Origin: an uncultured Nitrososphaerales archaeon
GTDB taxonomy: Archaea; Thermoproteota; Nitrososphaeria; Conexivisphaerales; DTJL01
Assembly (NCBI GenBank): GCA_964475215.1
Contig: CAYYVT010000187.1
Span: forward strand, 3,506-67,505
Direction: 5' to 3'
DNA length: 64,000 bases
The notes under the pieces are model-generated. The model did no database searches. It was not told where the DNA came from and saw nothing but the letters and a program-made list of their open reading frames with translations. Of this stretch, positions 27,421 to 36,194 are shown piece by piece. Position 1 is the stretch's first letter. Each line of letters begins with the position of its first letter. The position numbers were made by a program, and so were the translations under genes.

Positions 27421-28098
27421 CTACACTACCACCAGCGTGCCAATCAATTCCCCCTGTATCGCCTTCCTAATGGCAGAGGGATCACATTTCAGAATGACCG
27501 TCCGTATCTTGGATCGCTCTATGATGTTAACCGCCAATAAATCAAGCAGCTCGTACGTTCCTGCATGCATTTGGCCGTTTCCGAACATCTTCTTGAGCTG
27601 CGACGTCGTAACCCTATCAAGTTTCTTTGCACGTGGATTCTTGTTTGGGTCAGAGGTGTAAACTCCGTCTACATCTGTTGCATTTACAAACAGGTTTGCA
27701 TGGACTCTTTCGGCGATGAGAGCAGCTACCGCATTAGTACTGTGACCAGGATGGAAGCCACCAACGACCACCACTTTGCCAGTGGTAAAGGCTTCTGCCA
27801 CTTGATTCATGTCCTCAGGCACAGTTGGGTAAGCCGCATCCCCAAGCCCGCCCACCAACAGCTCGGCGTTAAGGCGGGCAGCCCTGAGACCCAAGTCATC
27901 TAGCATCGATTCATCCATTCCCAGTTTCCGGCCGGTTCCGATATAATGCCTAGCCGTCTCGCCTCCCCCGGCCACGAGAACCAACCTTTCCCTCTTCGAA
28001 GCGAGATCCCTGAAAAGCCTAACGAGAGGAGGAAGACTCCTATCGATGCCATCCCAATAAAATACAGAACCGCTAATTTTAATTACTGTTCCTTTCAA
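27421..28098 (-). CDS. pyrH: uridylate (UMP) kinase, archaeal type
   Basis: TTG start. VIKISGS...LVLVAGGGETARHYI...VVVGGFHPGHSTNAVAAL amino-acid-kinase fold pattern. Confidence 0.85.
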   Translation of the reverse strand: MKGTVIKISGSVFYWDGIDRSLPPLVRLFRDLASKRERLVLVAGGGETARHYIGTGRKLGMDESMLDDLGLRAARLNAELLVGGLGDAAYPTVPEDMNQVAEAFTTGKVVVVGGFHPGHSTNAVAALIAERVHANLFVNATDVDGVYTSDPNKNPRAKKLDRVTTSQLKKMFGNGQMHAGTYELLDLLAVNIIERSKIRTVILKCDPSAIRKAIQGELIGTLVVV

Positions 28099-28161
28099 GG
28101 CTTTCCCATAAGTTCATCTAACCCTTCAATAAAAAGTTGAGGGTAAGGGTGACGATTCTGA

Positions 28162-29409
28162 GTGGCTGAGTATGACTCCGTAGCAATGTACCGAGTGAGG
28201 AAGTTACTCGCGGAGCTCGGCAGCAAACAAGGCCGAGGAACAGAACTCATATCTCTATACATACCACCCAAGAGACCTATCTACGACGTTATCGCCAATC
28301 TAAGAGACGAATATGGCACTGCTTCTAACATCAAGAGCGACACTACACGTAACCATGTACAGGACGCACTTACTCGCGTACAACAACGACTCAAACTTTA
28401 CAGGACGGCCCCTCCCAATGGGCTTGTCATCTTCTGCGGCGCCTTGCCGGTGAGTGGCCCTAACACCGAGGTCATCCAACTATTCGAAATAGAGCCTCCC
28501 AAACCCATCAGCGTATATCTTTACAGGTGCGACGATCACTTTCATCTAGACCTGCTTAGAGAAACAATCAGGGAGCAAGAAGCCATCGGAATACTAACCA
28601 TCGATACTGCTGAGGCGGCCTTGGGCCTTCTGACGGGGGATAAGGTCTCCGTAATTGAAGAAATGACGTCGGGCGTCGCCGGCAAACACCGACAAGGAGG
28701 CCAATCTGCAAGGAGATTTGAGAGGCTTAGAGCTAACGAGATCAACGACTTTTTCAACCGTATAGCCGCCCACGCCTACAAAGCCTTCATAGAGGTTTCG
28801 CCAGTAAAGAAACTGATTTTGGGTGGGCCAGGGCCTACGAAAGACACATTCTTCAAGGGAGAGTATCTCGATTATCGGCTACAAAACGGCGTCATCGGCT
28901 TGGTAGACATATCCTATGCAGGCGAGGCCGGAATAAGGGAAACTGTCGAGAAGGCTGGACCTCTTCTTCAGGACATACGCTTCGTTCAAGAAAAGAGCAT
29001 CATAAACAAATTCATCGGAGAAGCGTCTAAAGACTATGGGCTGGCAGTGTACGGCTTAGAGAACGTTCTTTATAGCCTGAAGAATAACTCTGCCAGCATG
29101 ATCATAGTCTCAGAGGAACTCGACCTAACCAGACTAGAATTCAGGTGCAGGAAGTGCGGCTATGAAACGGAGAGATACGTGAAGCAGAGCGACATCTTCT
29201 CTGAAAAGACAGAAGCGATGGGAAAGAACTGCCCATCCTGCAACGCCAACGAGTGGGACTACTCGCAGCAAGACATAGTCGACTATCTCTTCGACCAAGC
29301 TTCGGCAATTGGCGCATCGGTGGAAGTCGTCAGCGCGAAGACTGAGCATGGACAGATGTTCAAAAGCTTTGGCGGAATTGGCGCCCTTCTAAGGTACAGG
29401 ACCAAATAG
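28162..29409 (+). CDS. prf1: peptide chain release factor aRF1
   Basis: NIKS motif (TASNIKSD), GGQ motif (KHRQGGQSARRFERLR), and a C-terminal Cys4 insert (CRKCG...CPSCN). GTG start. Confidence 0.92.
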   Translation: MAEYDSVAMYRVRKLLAELGSKQGRGTELISLYIPPKRPIYDVIANLRDEYGTASNIKSDTTRNHVQDALTRVQQRLKLYRTAPPNGLVIFCGALPVSGPNTEVIQLFEIEPPKPISVYLYRCDDHFHLDLLRETIREQEAIGILTIDTAEAALGLLTGDKVSVIEEMTSGVAGKHRQGGQSARRFERLRANEINDFFNRIAAHAYKAFIEVSPVKKLILGGPGPTKDTFFKGEYLDYRLQNGVIGLVDISYAGEAGIRETVEKAGPLLQDIRFVQEKSIINKFIGEASKDYGLAVYGLENVLYSLKNNSASMIIVSEELDLTRLEFRCRKCGYETERYVKQSDIFSEKTEAMGKNCPSCNANEWDYSQQDIVDYLFDQASAIGASVEVVSAKTEHGQMFKSFGGIGALLRYRTK

Positions 29410-29463
29410 ACCATTGGCAAGCCAAACTTTTAAGAGACTCATCGAGGGAGGCTAGCTACAACA

Positions 29464-31821
29464 ATGGAAGCCGCCTCCTTCAAGCCCACAATCGAAGAGA
29501 AGGCATGGAATCAAGGGCTCGAAGAGCAGATGTTCAGGGCTTGGTCCGACGAACGGATTTACAAATTTGACCTGACATCCAAGAAACCTGTCTACAGCAT
29601 CGACACTCCACCACCATATATCAACACCCCGGTCCACATCGGTCAAGCACACACCTACACCTGCATGGACGCCATTGCTAGGTTCAAGCGGATGTCTGGC
29701 TACAACGTGCTCTTTCCCATCGGCCTAGACCGAAACGGCCTCCCCATAGAGGTCCAAGCAGAGAAGGAGTTCAAGATCAGCATTAGAAACACACCTAGGG
29801 CGGAATTCATCCAAAGAGCCCAGAGTCTATTGGACCGCTACGAAGGCATCTCACTAGCGACCTTCCAAAAGCTTGGCCTCAGCGTCAGCGAATGGGATAA
29901 GAAGTACCGCATAGGCGGGGCCTATGAAACGGATGACCCAGAATACAGGCGACTCACTCAGGAGACCTTCATCAAACTGTACCAAACTGGCCTAATATAC
30001 GAAGGAGAAAAGACGGCCAACTACTGTCCCGTATGTCGTACCACCATATCGGATGCCGAGGTAGAATATGCTGAACATACAGCCAGCCTGAACTTCATCA
30101 GGTTCGCCTTAGTGGGTGGCGGCGAAATCACTGTGGCCACCACTAGGCCTGAACTACTCGCGGCGTGTAAGATCATCATCTTTAACCCAGAGGACAAACG
30201 TTTTGTTGACCTCTCAGGACGGGAGGCCACAGTTCCCATCTTCGGAAAGACGGTCAAAATCACCCCCCACCCCTATGCTAAACCCGAGTACGGTTCAGGC
30301 GTAGTCATGATTTGCAGCTATGGTGATTACAACGACATACGCATTCTCAGAGAACTATCCATCCCTCCCACATATGTCATAGACCAAGACGGACGAATGA
30401 CCGACGAAGCAAATCCATATTCAGGACTAACAATCAAGGAGGCCCGAAGGAAGATCGTAGAAGATTTGCGGCTCAATGGCTCTCTGTTGAAAGTGGAACA
30501 AGCCCCTCATCGCGAACCAATATGCTGGCGCAGCAAGAACCCCATCGAATTCATACCCACCAGAGAAATCTACCTGAAACAGGTAGCGTTCAAAGAGGAT
30601 CTCCTCAAAATCACCAATTCGATGACCTTCCACTCTCCCCGCAGCAAGGACCTATTGATAGACTGGATTAACAGTGTCTCCGTAGACTGGGTTCTTTCGC
30701 GAAGACGTTTCTATGGAACGGAAATTCCGTTATGGTACTGCCTCAATTGCGGAGAAATCATCCTCCCCCCTGTCGGACGCTATTACCAACCATGGAAGGA
30801 GAGTCCCCCCGTCGAAAAATGCCCTCGCTGCGGAAGCAAGGAGTTCAGAGGAGAAGAAAGAATCTTCGACACCTGGTTCGATTCAAGCAATAGCCAGCAG
30901 TATATTTCGGGCTACCTCTGGGACAAACCATTCTTCGAAAAGAACTACCCTTGTTCGCTGAGGCCTCAAGGTAAGGAAATTGTAAGGAGCTGGCTCTACT
31001 TCACCGTGCTCAAATCTTATCTCCAGTTCAGGAAGCCTCCATTCAAAGATGTTTGGATTAATCATCATGTGGTGGACGAAGCCGGGGAAAAGATGAGCAA
31101 GAGCCTTGGAAACGTCATCGACCCGCAGGAGGTCATCAAACGATATGGCGCTGAAGCATTTAGGACATGGGTGTTCTTGGAAGGGGACATAACCGACGGT
31201 GACGTCAAGTACTCATACGCTAGGACGGAGGGCTCAAGGAAGTTCCTGACGAAACTCTGGAACATATCTAGGCTCACCTCTTCCTTTCCAAAGGGGAATG
31301 GCAGAACGACCACATCTAGCGAAGAATGGATGCTCGCTGAACTTTCGTCGACGATATCCAAGACCAAGGCCGACTACGAAGATTACTCCTTTAGCCGAGC
31401 CGCATCTAATCTTAGATATTTTGTCTGGAACGTCTTCGCCGATCATTATGTGGAGATGGTTAAGCCACGGGCATACGGTGGACCCGGAATCCTTGGGGAG
31501 GAGCAAGAGGCAGCGTGGTACGGTCTACACACAGGGCTCAAGAACATCTTGCTCATGATGGCCCCCTTGACACCTTTCATAACGGATTATCTTTGGAGGA
31601 GGCTCTACGGCTCTTCTAGCATACACTTGGAAAGATTTCCGACGTTTAGCTTTGAATCAAAACACGCAGGCCTCACGCAACAACTGACAGATTTCAATTC
31701 GAAGATTTGGAACACGAAGAAAGCCCAGGGGCTCTCCTTGAAGGACCCAATTACAATAATGGTACCACCAGAGCTCGAGCCGTTCAGACCGGACCTCTAT
31801 CGCATGCATCACATTCAGTGA
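29464..31821 (+). CDS. valS: class Ia aminoacyl-tRNA synthetase, most likely valine-tRNA ligase
   Basis: 785 aa. N-terminal PPPYINTPVHIGQAH (variant HIGH), editing-domain-length insert, KMSKSLGN. Size and colinearity fit archaeal ValRS better than IleRS or LeuRS. Confidence 0.7.
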   Translation: MEAASFKPTIEEKAWNQGLEEQMFRAWSDERIYKFDLTSKKPVYSIDTPPPYINTPVHIGQAHTYTCMDAIARFKRMSGYNVLFPIGLDRNGLPIEVQAEKEFKISIRNTPRAEFIQRAQSLLDRYEGISLATFQKLGLSVSEWDKKYRIGGAYETDDPEYRRLTQETFIKLYQTGLIYEGEKTANYCPVCRTTISDAEVEYAEHTASLNFIRFALVGGGEITVATTRPELLAACKIIIFNPEDKRFVDLSGREATVPIFGKTVKITPHPYAKPEYGSGVVMICSYGDYNDIRILRELSIPPTYVIDQDGRMTDEANPYSGLTIKEARRKIVEDLRLNGSLLKVEQAPHREPICWRSKNPIEFIPTREIYLKQVAFKEDLLKITNSMTFHSPRSKDLLIDWINSVSVDWVLSRRRFYGTEIPLWYCLNCGEIILPPVGRYYQPWKESPPVEKCPRCGSKEFRGEERIFDTWFDSSNSQQYISGYLWDKPFFEKNYPCSLRPQGKEIVRSWLYFTVLKSYLQFRKPPFKDVWINHHVVDEAGEKMSKSLGNVIDPQEVIKRYGAEAFRTWVFLEGDITDGDVKYSYARTEGSRKFLTKLWNISRLTSSFPKGNGRTTTSSEEWMLAELSSTISKTKADYEDYSFSRAASNLRYFVWNVFADHYVEMVKPRAYGGPGILGEEQEAAWYGLHTGLKNILLMMAPLTPFITDYLWRRLYGSSSIHLERFPTFSFESKHAGLTQQLTDFNSKIWNTKKAQGLSLKDPITIMVPPELEPFRPDLYRMHHIQ

Positions 31822-31891
31822 AGGGCGGAGCTACCTCGGTCGAAATTCTTAAAAACTCCCGTTGAGTCGTGGCTTCAAGAGCCCCGTGAGT

Positions 31892-32001
31892 GCCCCGGTA
31901 CCTCACTGCCTGAGGCTGGAGAGCATAGCGGTCTAATGCGCTTCCTTGGTAAGCCTAACCCAAAGAGGAAGAGACCGCGGGTTCAAATCCCGCCCGGGGC
32001 T
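31892..32001 (+). tRNA. tRNA-Thr(GGU) with two introns (about 31901-31922 at 9/10; canonical 31952-31965 at 37/38)
   Basis: GCCCCGG UA [22 nt] GCAU AGCGGUCUA AUGC G CUUCC UUGGUA [14 nt] A GGAAG AGACC GCGGG UUCAAAU CCCGC CCGGGGC U. The canonical intron has a textbook BHB: UUGG/CCAA helix with UAA and AGA bulges. Confidence 0.8.
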
Positions 32002-32123
32002 CTCAAAATCATTTGGAGATTACTTTCCACCTTCGCCCGATTGACGACACGTCATAGACCCCAAGGCGTTACTCTGAAAAGGTTAATACAAAGGACAATT
32101 AATCCAAAGGAAGAGCGCACTAG

Positions 32124-33230
32124 TTGGCTAGACGTGCCCGCGGTGCCAGAAAGAGCCAGTCACTTCAGCTATCAAACAGGCCGGATTCGCTGGTTGGCAC
32201 CTCCGACGTTACGCGGCAGGATTACGGTCAGGAACTTCTCTCCGTCAACAACCTTTCCGTCGATTTCGTCTCGGTGGACGGGCGGGTAAGAATCCTCAAC
32301 GGTGTCTCTTTGAAGATTTCGAAGGGAGAAGTAGTCGGCGTAGTTGGAGAAAGCGGATCGGGAAAGACAACCCTCTGTTCGACCATCCTCGGCCTTCTCG
32401 ATTCCCCGCCTGCCCAGATTTCAAATGGTGAAATAATCTTCGAAGGGCAGGACCTCCTCAAGCTGGACGCAGATGCGATGCAAAGAATACGCGGAACGAG
32501 AATCAACATGGTCTTCCAGGAACCTCTTGATTCCCTTAATCCGGTTTACAAGGTCGAATCCCAAATCAAGGAATCCCTTGAGACCAAAGATGAGGCAAAC
32601 GGTGATGAACCAGCCAAGAGGAGCGGGAGCGACTCGAACCGGCTCATGGCCGAGCTGCTCAAGAACCTCTGCATCGACGAGCCTGACGAAGTGCTAAAAG
32701 AATATCCGCACGAGCTTTCGGGCGGAATGAGGCAGAGGATCTCAATCTCGATGTCAATAATAGAATCCCCAAGGCTCTTGATCGCCGACGAACCGACAAC
32801 AGGGCTTGACGCATATGTCCAAAACAGAATCTTGAGAATCTTGACTGATATGCGAAAGTCCGGGATGACATTACTCTATGTTACTCATGACCTCACGGTT
32901 GCCTCGCAAGTATGCGACAGACTTTACATAATGTACGCAGGACGTTTAATGGAAGTCGGCAACACAAAAGAGGTCCTAGAGAATTCCTTCCACCCGTACA
33001 CGACGACCTTAATTGCTTCAGTGCCCCGAGGGTTCGAAGATTCCCCTCCACTTCCCGTGCAGCTCGGTGAACCGCCAGACCTGAAGAGACTGCCCACCGG
33101 TTGCAAGTTCCACCCGCGATGTCCACACGCAAAGGAAATCTGCAAACGCGAAGAGCCCATGTTGAAGGAAGTCGCGCCAGGAAGGTCTGCCGCGTGCTGG
33201 AAGTTCGATTCAGATGGCAGATTTAGTTGA
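32124..33230 (+). CDS. oligopeptide/dipeptide ABC transporter ATP-binding protein (OppD/DppD type)
   Basis: Walker A GESGSGKTT, signature LSGGMRQR, Walker B LLIADEPTTGLD, and the C-terminal Opp-type Cys/His tail (CKFHPRCPHAKEIC). TTG 32124 is the only canonical in-frame start. Confidence 0.88.
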   Translation: MARRARGARKSQSLQLSNRPDSLVGTSDVTRQDYGQELLSVNNLSVDFVSVDGRVRILNGVSLKISKGEVVGVVGESGSGKTTLCSTILGLLDSPPAQISNGEIIFEGQDLLKLDADAMQRIRGTRINMVFQEPLDSLNPVYKVESQIKESLETKDEANGDEPAKRSGSDSNRLMAELLKNLCIDEPDEVLKEYPHELSGGMRQRISISMSIIESPRLLIADEPTTGLDAYVQNRILRILTDMRKSGMTLLYVTHDLTVASQVCDRLYIMYAGRLMEVGNTKEVLENSFHPYTTTLIASVPRGFEDSPPLPVQLGEPPDLKRLPTGCKFHPRCPHAKEICKREEPMLKEVAPGRSAACWKFDSDGRFS

Positions 33231-34167
33231 CATAGATAACCTGACAGTCAGTTTTGGGTCAAGGAAGCGCACGAGCCTATTCGCCCGAGGAATCCCCCCC
33301 ACAAAGGCTCTAGATGACGTTTCCTTATCCATCAAAGAGGGAGAAAGCTTCGGTTTAACAGGCGAAACTGGATCAGGGAAGTCAACCCTTGCAAAAGTAT
33401 TGGTCGGACTTTACAAACCCAGCTCAGGCACTATCAAGCTGAACGGGCGAAGCATTAACTACAACAACAAAGCCGATATCTCCTACCTAAGACAAAACAT
33501 AGGGATCGTCCTGCAAGACCCCGTAAGGTCTCTCAACCCCCGCCTCACGGTCCAAGAAATCATAGCGGAGGCCCTCATCGCCAGTTCCATTCCCAAGAGG
33601 AAGTTTGGTGAAAGAATCGATTACATAATCCACCGAGTGGGGGTGACCTCCGACCTCCTACAATCTCATCCTAGGGAGTTGAGCGGGGGGCAGAAGCAGA
33701 GGGTTAGCTTGGCGAGGGCGCTGGTGGTTCCGAAGAAGCTACTCATCCTCGATGAACCAACTAGTTCGCTCGATGTCTCCATCCAAGCCCAAGTCCTTAA
33801 CACTCTCAAAAGGCTGAAAACCGAGCTCGATTTGTCGTATCTCTTCATTACGCATGACATCAACGTGATAAAATACGTAAGTCACAGATTGGGGGTGCTG
33901 TTTTACGGAAAGCTGGTCGAAGTTGGAGATACTCGCGCGATAGCACTCCAACCCAAACATCCCTATACGCAGAGCCTAATGTCTAACGTCCTGACCCTAA
34001 GGAGGGCACGGCACCAGACGACGACCCTCTCTGAACATCGCCCAGCGCCAACGGGTTGCAGATATCGTATCGTCTGCCCCCATGTTTTCGAGAAATGCAT
34101 GGAGATCCCTCCTGCGGTAGAGTTGGGCGACGGGCATAGCGTGTCTTGCTTTCTAGCACAATCATAG
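33214..34167 (+). CDS. oligopeptide/dipeptide ABC transporter ATP-binding protein (OppF/DppF type)
   Basis: GETGSGKST, LSGGQKQRV, LLILDEPTSSLD, and C-terminal CRYRIVCPHVFEKC. Confidence 0.88.
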   Translation: MADLVDIDNLTVSFGSRKRTSLFARGIPPTKALDDVSLSIKEGESFGLTGETGSGKSTLAKVLVGLYKPSSGTIKLNGRSINYNNKADISYLRQNIGIVLQDPVRSLNPRLTVQEIIAEALIASSIPKRKFGERIDYIIHRVGVTSDLLQSHPRELSGGQKQRVSLARALVVPKKLLILDEPTSSLDVSIQAQVLNTLKRLKTELDLSYLFITHDINVIKYVSHRLGVLFYGKLVEVGDTRAIALQPKHPYTQSLMSNVLTLRRARHQTTTLSEHRPAPTGCRYRIVCPHVFEKCMEIPPAVELGDGHSVSCFLAQS

Positions 34168-34225
34168 GACCAGGCGGGTCGGGGGGCCACCGAAAGCAAG
34201 CACAAATATCCTAGGGCCTAATCAC

Positions 34226-35146
34226 TTAATCGGATGCCGGGCTCGTCTTTGCCGAATCCTCTAGGGCTTCCAGTGGCTTGCTTCTAAGGAGGATATGGGG
34301 CCTGAGCTTAACATCTAGAGATTCTCTGAGGCCCTCTCCCAAGAAACTAAACCCTGCCACAATCACCATTACGATGACGGCAGGAATGATGACCTGCCAT
34401 GGGTAGGTATAGAGGTTATACGATATACTGGAAACCATCTTGCCGAGTTCCGGCATCTCCGGAGGGATACCAATCCCTAAGTAGCCCAATGTGGAAAGCG
34501 TCGCCAGCGCAGAGCCGATGTCCGTCGTGGCGTATACGATGACACTAGGCAGTACATTCGGTATGGCATCCTTCCGCATTATGTAGAAGAACGACGAGTT
34601 GAGGGCCTTAGAAACAGACACAAAATCTTCGGCAGCCACTTCCAACACGGAACCGCGGACCAGCCTGACATATGGCGGCCACCAAACAAAGATAAGGGAG
34701 ATTGTAGCGTTCAACAAGCTCGGCCCCAACGTTGCCGCTATGGCTAAACTCATGATTATGGTAGGAAACGCAAGAAACATATCCGTCACTCTCATTATGA
34801 CTTCGTCGCACCAACCTCTGAAATATCCTGCCACAGTGCCCAATATGATTCCAAGGACAGCGGAAACCAGCACAACAACAATGGGGATGCCGATATCCAC
34901 TGGGAGGCACGCTATGACCTGAGAGAAGATGTCTCTGCCTTCAAAGTCAGTTCCGAATAAATGCGCGAGAGAAGGAAGGACGTTCGTCTGTTGGAAGTTG
35001 GCGGCATAAGGGCCATACGGAGTGATTCTACCGAATGTCACCACTTCCAAGAAGGCTAGGAGTACGAAGATCCCCACTGTTATTACTCCGAACGTCGAAA
35101 GATAGTTCGCGAAGAGGAGCCTCCGTAGCCTATTGACGTCGCTCAT
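34226..35146 (-). CDS. peptide ABC transporter permease (OppC/DppC type)
   Basis: 306 aa, 6 predicted TM helices, and an EAA-loop-like VAAEDFVSVSKALNSSFFYIMRKDAIPN. Confidence 0.85.
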   Translation of the reverse strand: MSDVNRLRRLLFANYLSTFGVITVGIFVLLAFLEVVTFGRITPYGPYAANFQQTNVLPSLAHLFGTDFEGRDIFSQVIACLPVDIGIPIVVVLVSAVLGIILGTVAGYFRGWCDEVIMRVTDMFLAFPTIIMSLAIAATLGPSLLNATISLIFVWWPPYVRLVRGSVLEVAAEDFVSVSKALNSSFFYIMRKDAIPNVLPSVIVYATTDIGSALATLSTLGYLGIGIPPEMPELGKMVSSISYNLYTYPWQVIIPAVIVMVIVAGFSFLGEGLRESLDVKLRPHILLRSKPLEALEDSAKTSPASD

Positions 35147-36180
35147 GCAGACTCTCCCAGCGTTATCCTAGGATCGAGGACGCAGTAGGCGACATCAGCG
35201 ATGAAATTCGCTACAATGACTCCCGCCGTGAAGACCAGCACAACGGCCACTAACACGGGATAGTTGTCCGCTATGATGGCCTGGTACCCAAACTGCCCTA
35301 TCCCAGGCCACGCGAAAACCTGTTCGATGATGACCGTGTCTGAAAGCAACCAGCCGAACATCATAGCAACCATTGTATTGGTATCGATGAGAGCGTTCCT
35401 CAGGATGTGCCTTGACCATACTTTGCCTTCCGTAAGTCCTCTAGCCCTTGCCGCTTTCACATGGGTCGACCATCTCACATCAAGAACCGACGACCGCATG
35501 ATTCTAGCAATTATCCCAAAATTCAGCAATGCCAAAGCCATCGCAGGGAGAATCAGATGCCATATTCCGGAAGCGAACGCTGCGATGTTCCCTTCTATGA
35601 GTGAATCCAAGACGAAGATGCCAGTGATTGTCGAGGGTGGCACTATCGACTGTGAATACATCCCACCAGAAGGAAAAATCGGAACGTAACTCGTGAATAC
35701 CAAGACGGCGACGATAGCACCTAGGAATGTGGGGGTGGACCATGTGAAGAGGTAAAACACTCTTATCGCCGAGTCACTCTTCTTGCTGAACCGCATTCCA
35801 GAAAGGTACCCGAGTCCCACCCCCAAGACGACCACGATTAGAAATGAAGCGAGGACGAGCTCCAAGGTATTGGGTAGATAGAACGCGACTTCGGAAGCAA
35901 TAGAGCGTCCGGTCTGCGGATCGGTCCCGAAGTTGCCACTCAAGTAGCTGGAGAAGAAATAATAGAGTTGGACCTGAATCGGCTGATTCAGATGATACAA
36001 CGCTTTGACGGCCTCCAGCGTAGACTCCTTGGCCTTCGAACCAGCCCAAAGCTGCGCCGGATCTGGACTCAGAACATGGGATATGAAGAAGATGATGAGA
36101 GCTACCCCAGCGAGGACCAGGACAGAACCTATAGCCCTCTTTCCTAGGTAAGAAAGTAAGTCTTTGAGGTAAACCGTTTG
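35143..36180 (-). CDS. peptide ABC transporter permease (OppB/DppB type); start codon unresolved
   Basis: The track starts at TTG 36000, but the same frame stays open to 36207 and encodes the conserved N-terminal helix (LLSYLGKRAIGSVLVLAGVALIIFFISHVLSPDPAQLW). No ATG, GTG or TTG lies in that stretch (see findings). Confidence 0.75.
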   Translation of the reverse strand, partial: QTVYLKDLLSYLGKRAIGSVLVLAGVALIIFFISHVLSPDPAQLWAGSKAKESTLEAVKALYHLNQPIQVQLYYFFSSYLSGNFGTDPQTGRSIASEVAFYLPNTLELVLASFLIVVVLGVGLGYLSGMRFSKKSDSAIRVFYLFTWSTPTFLGAIVAVLVFTSYVPIFPSGGMYSQSIVPPSTITGIFVLDSLIEGNIAAFASGIWHLILPAMALALLNFGIIARIMRSSVLDVRWSTHVKAARARGLTEGKVWSRHILRNALIDTNTMVAMMFGWLLSDTVIIEQVFAWPGIGQFGYQAIIADNYPVLVAVVLVFTAGVIVANFIADVAYCVLDPRITLGESA

Positions 36181-36194
36181 TGCTTCCCAGCTTG

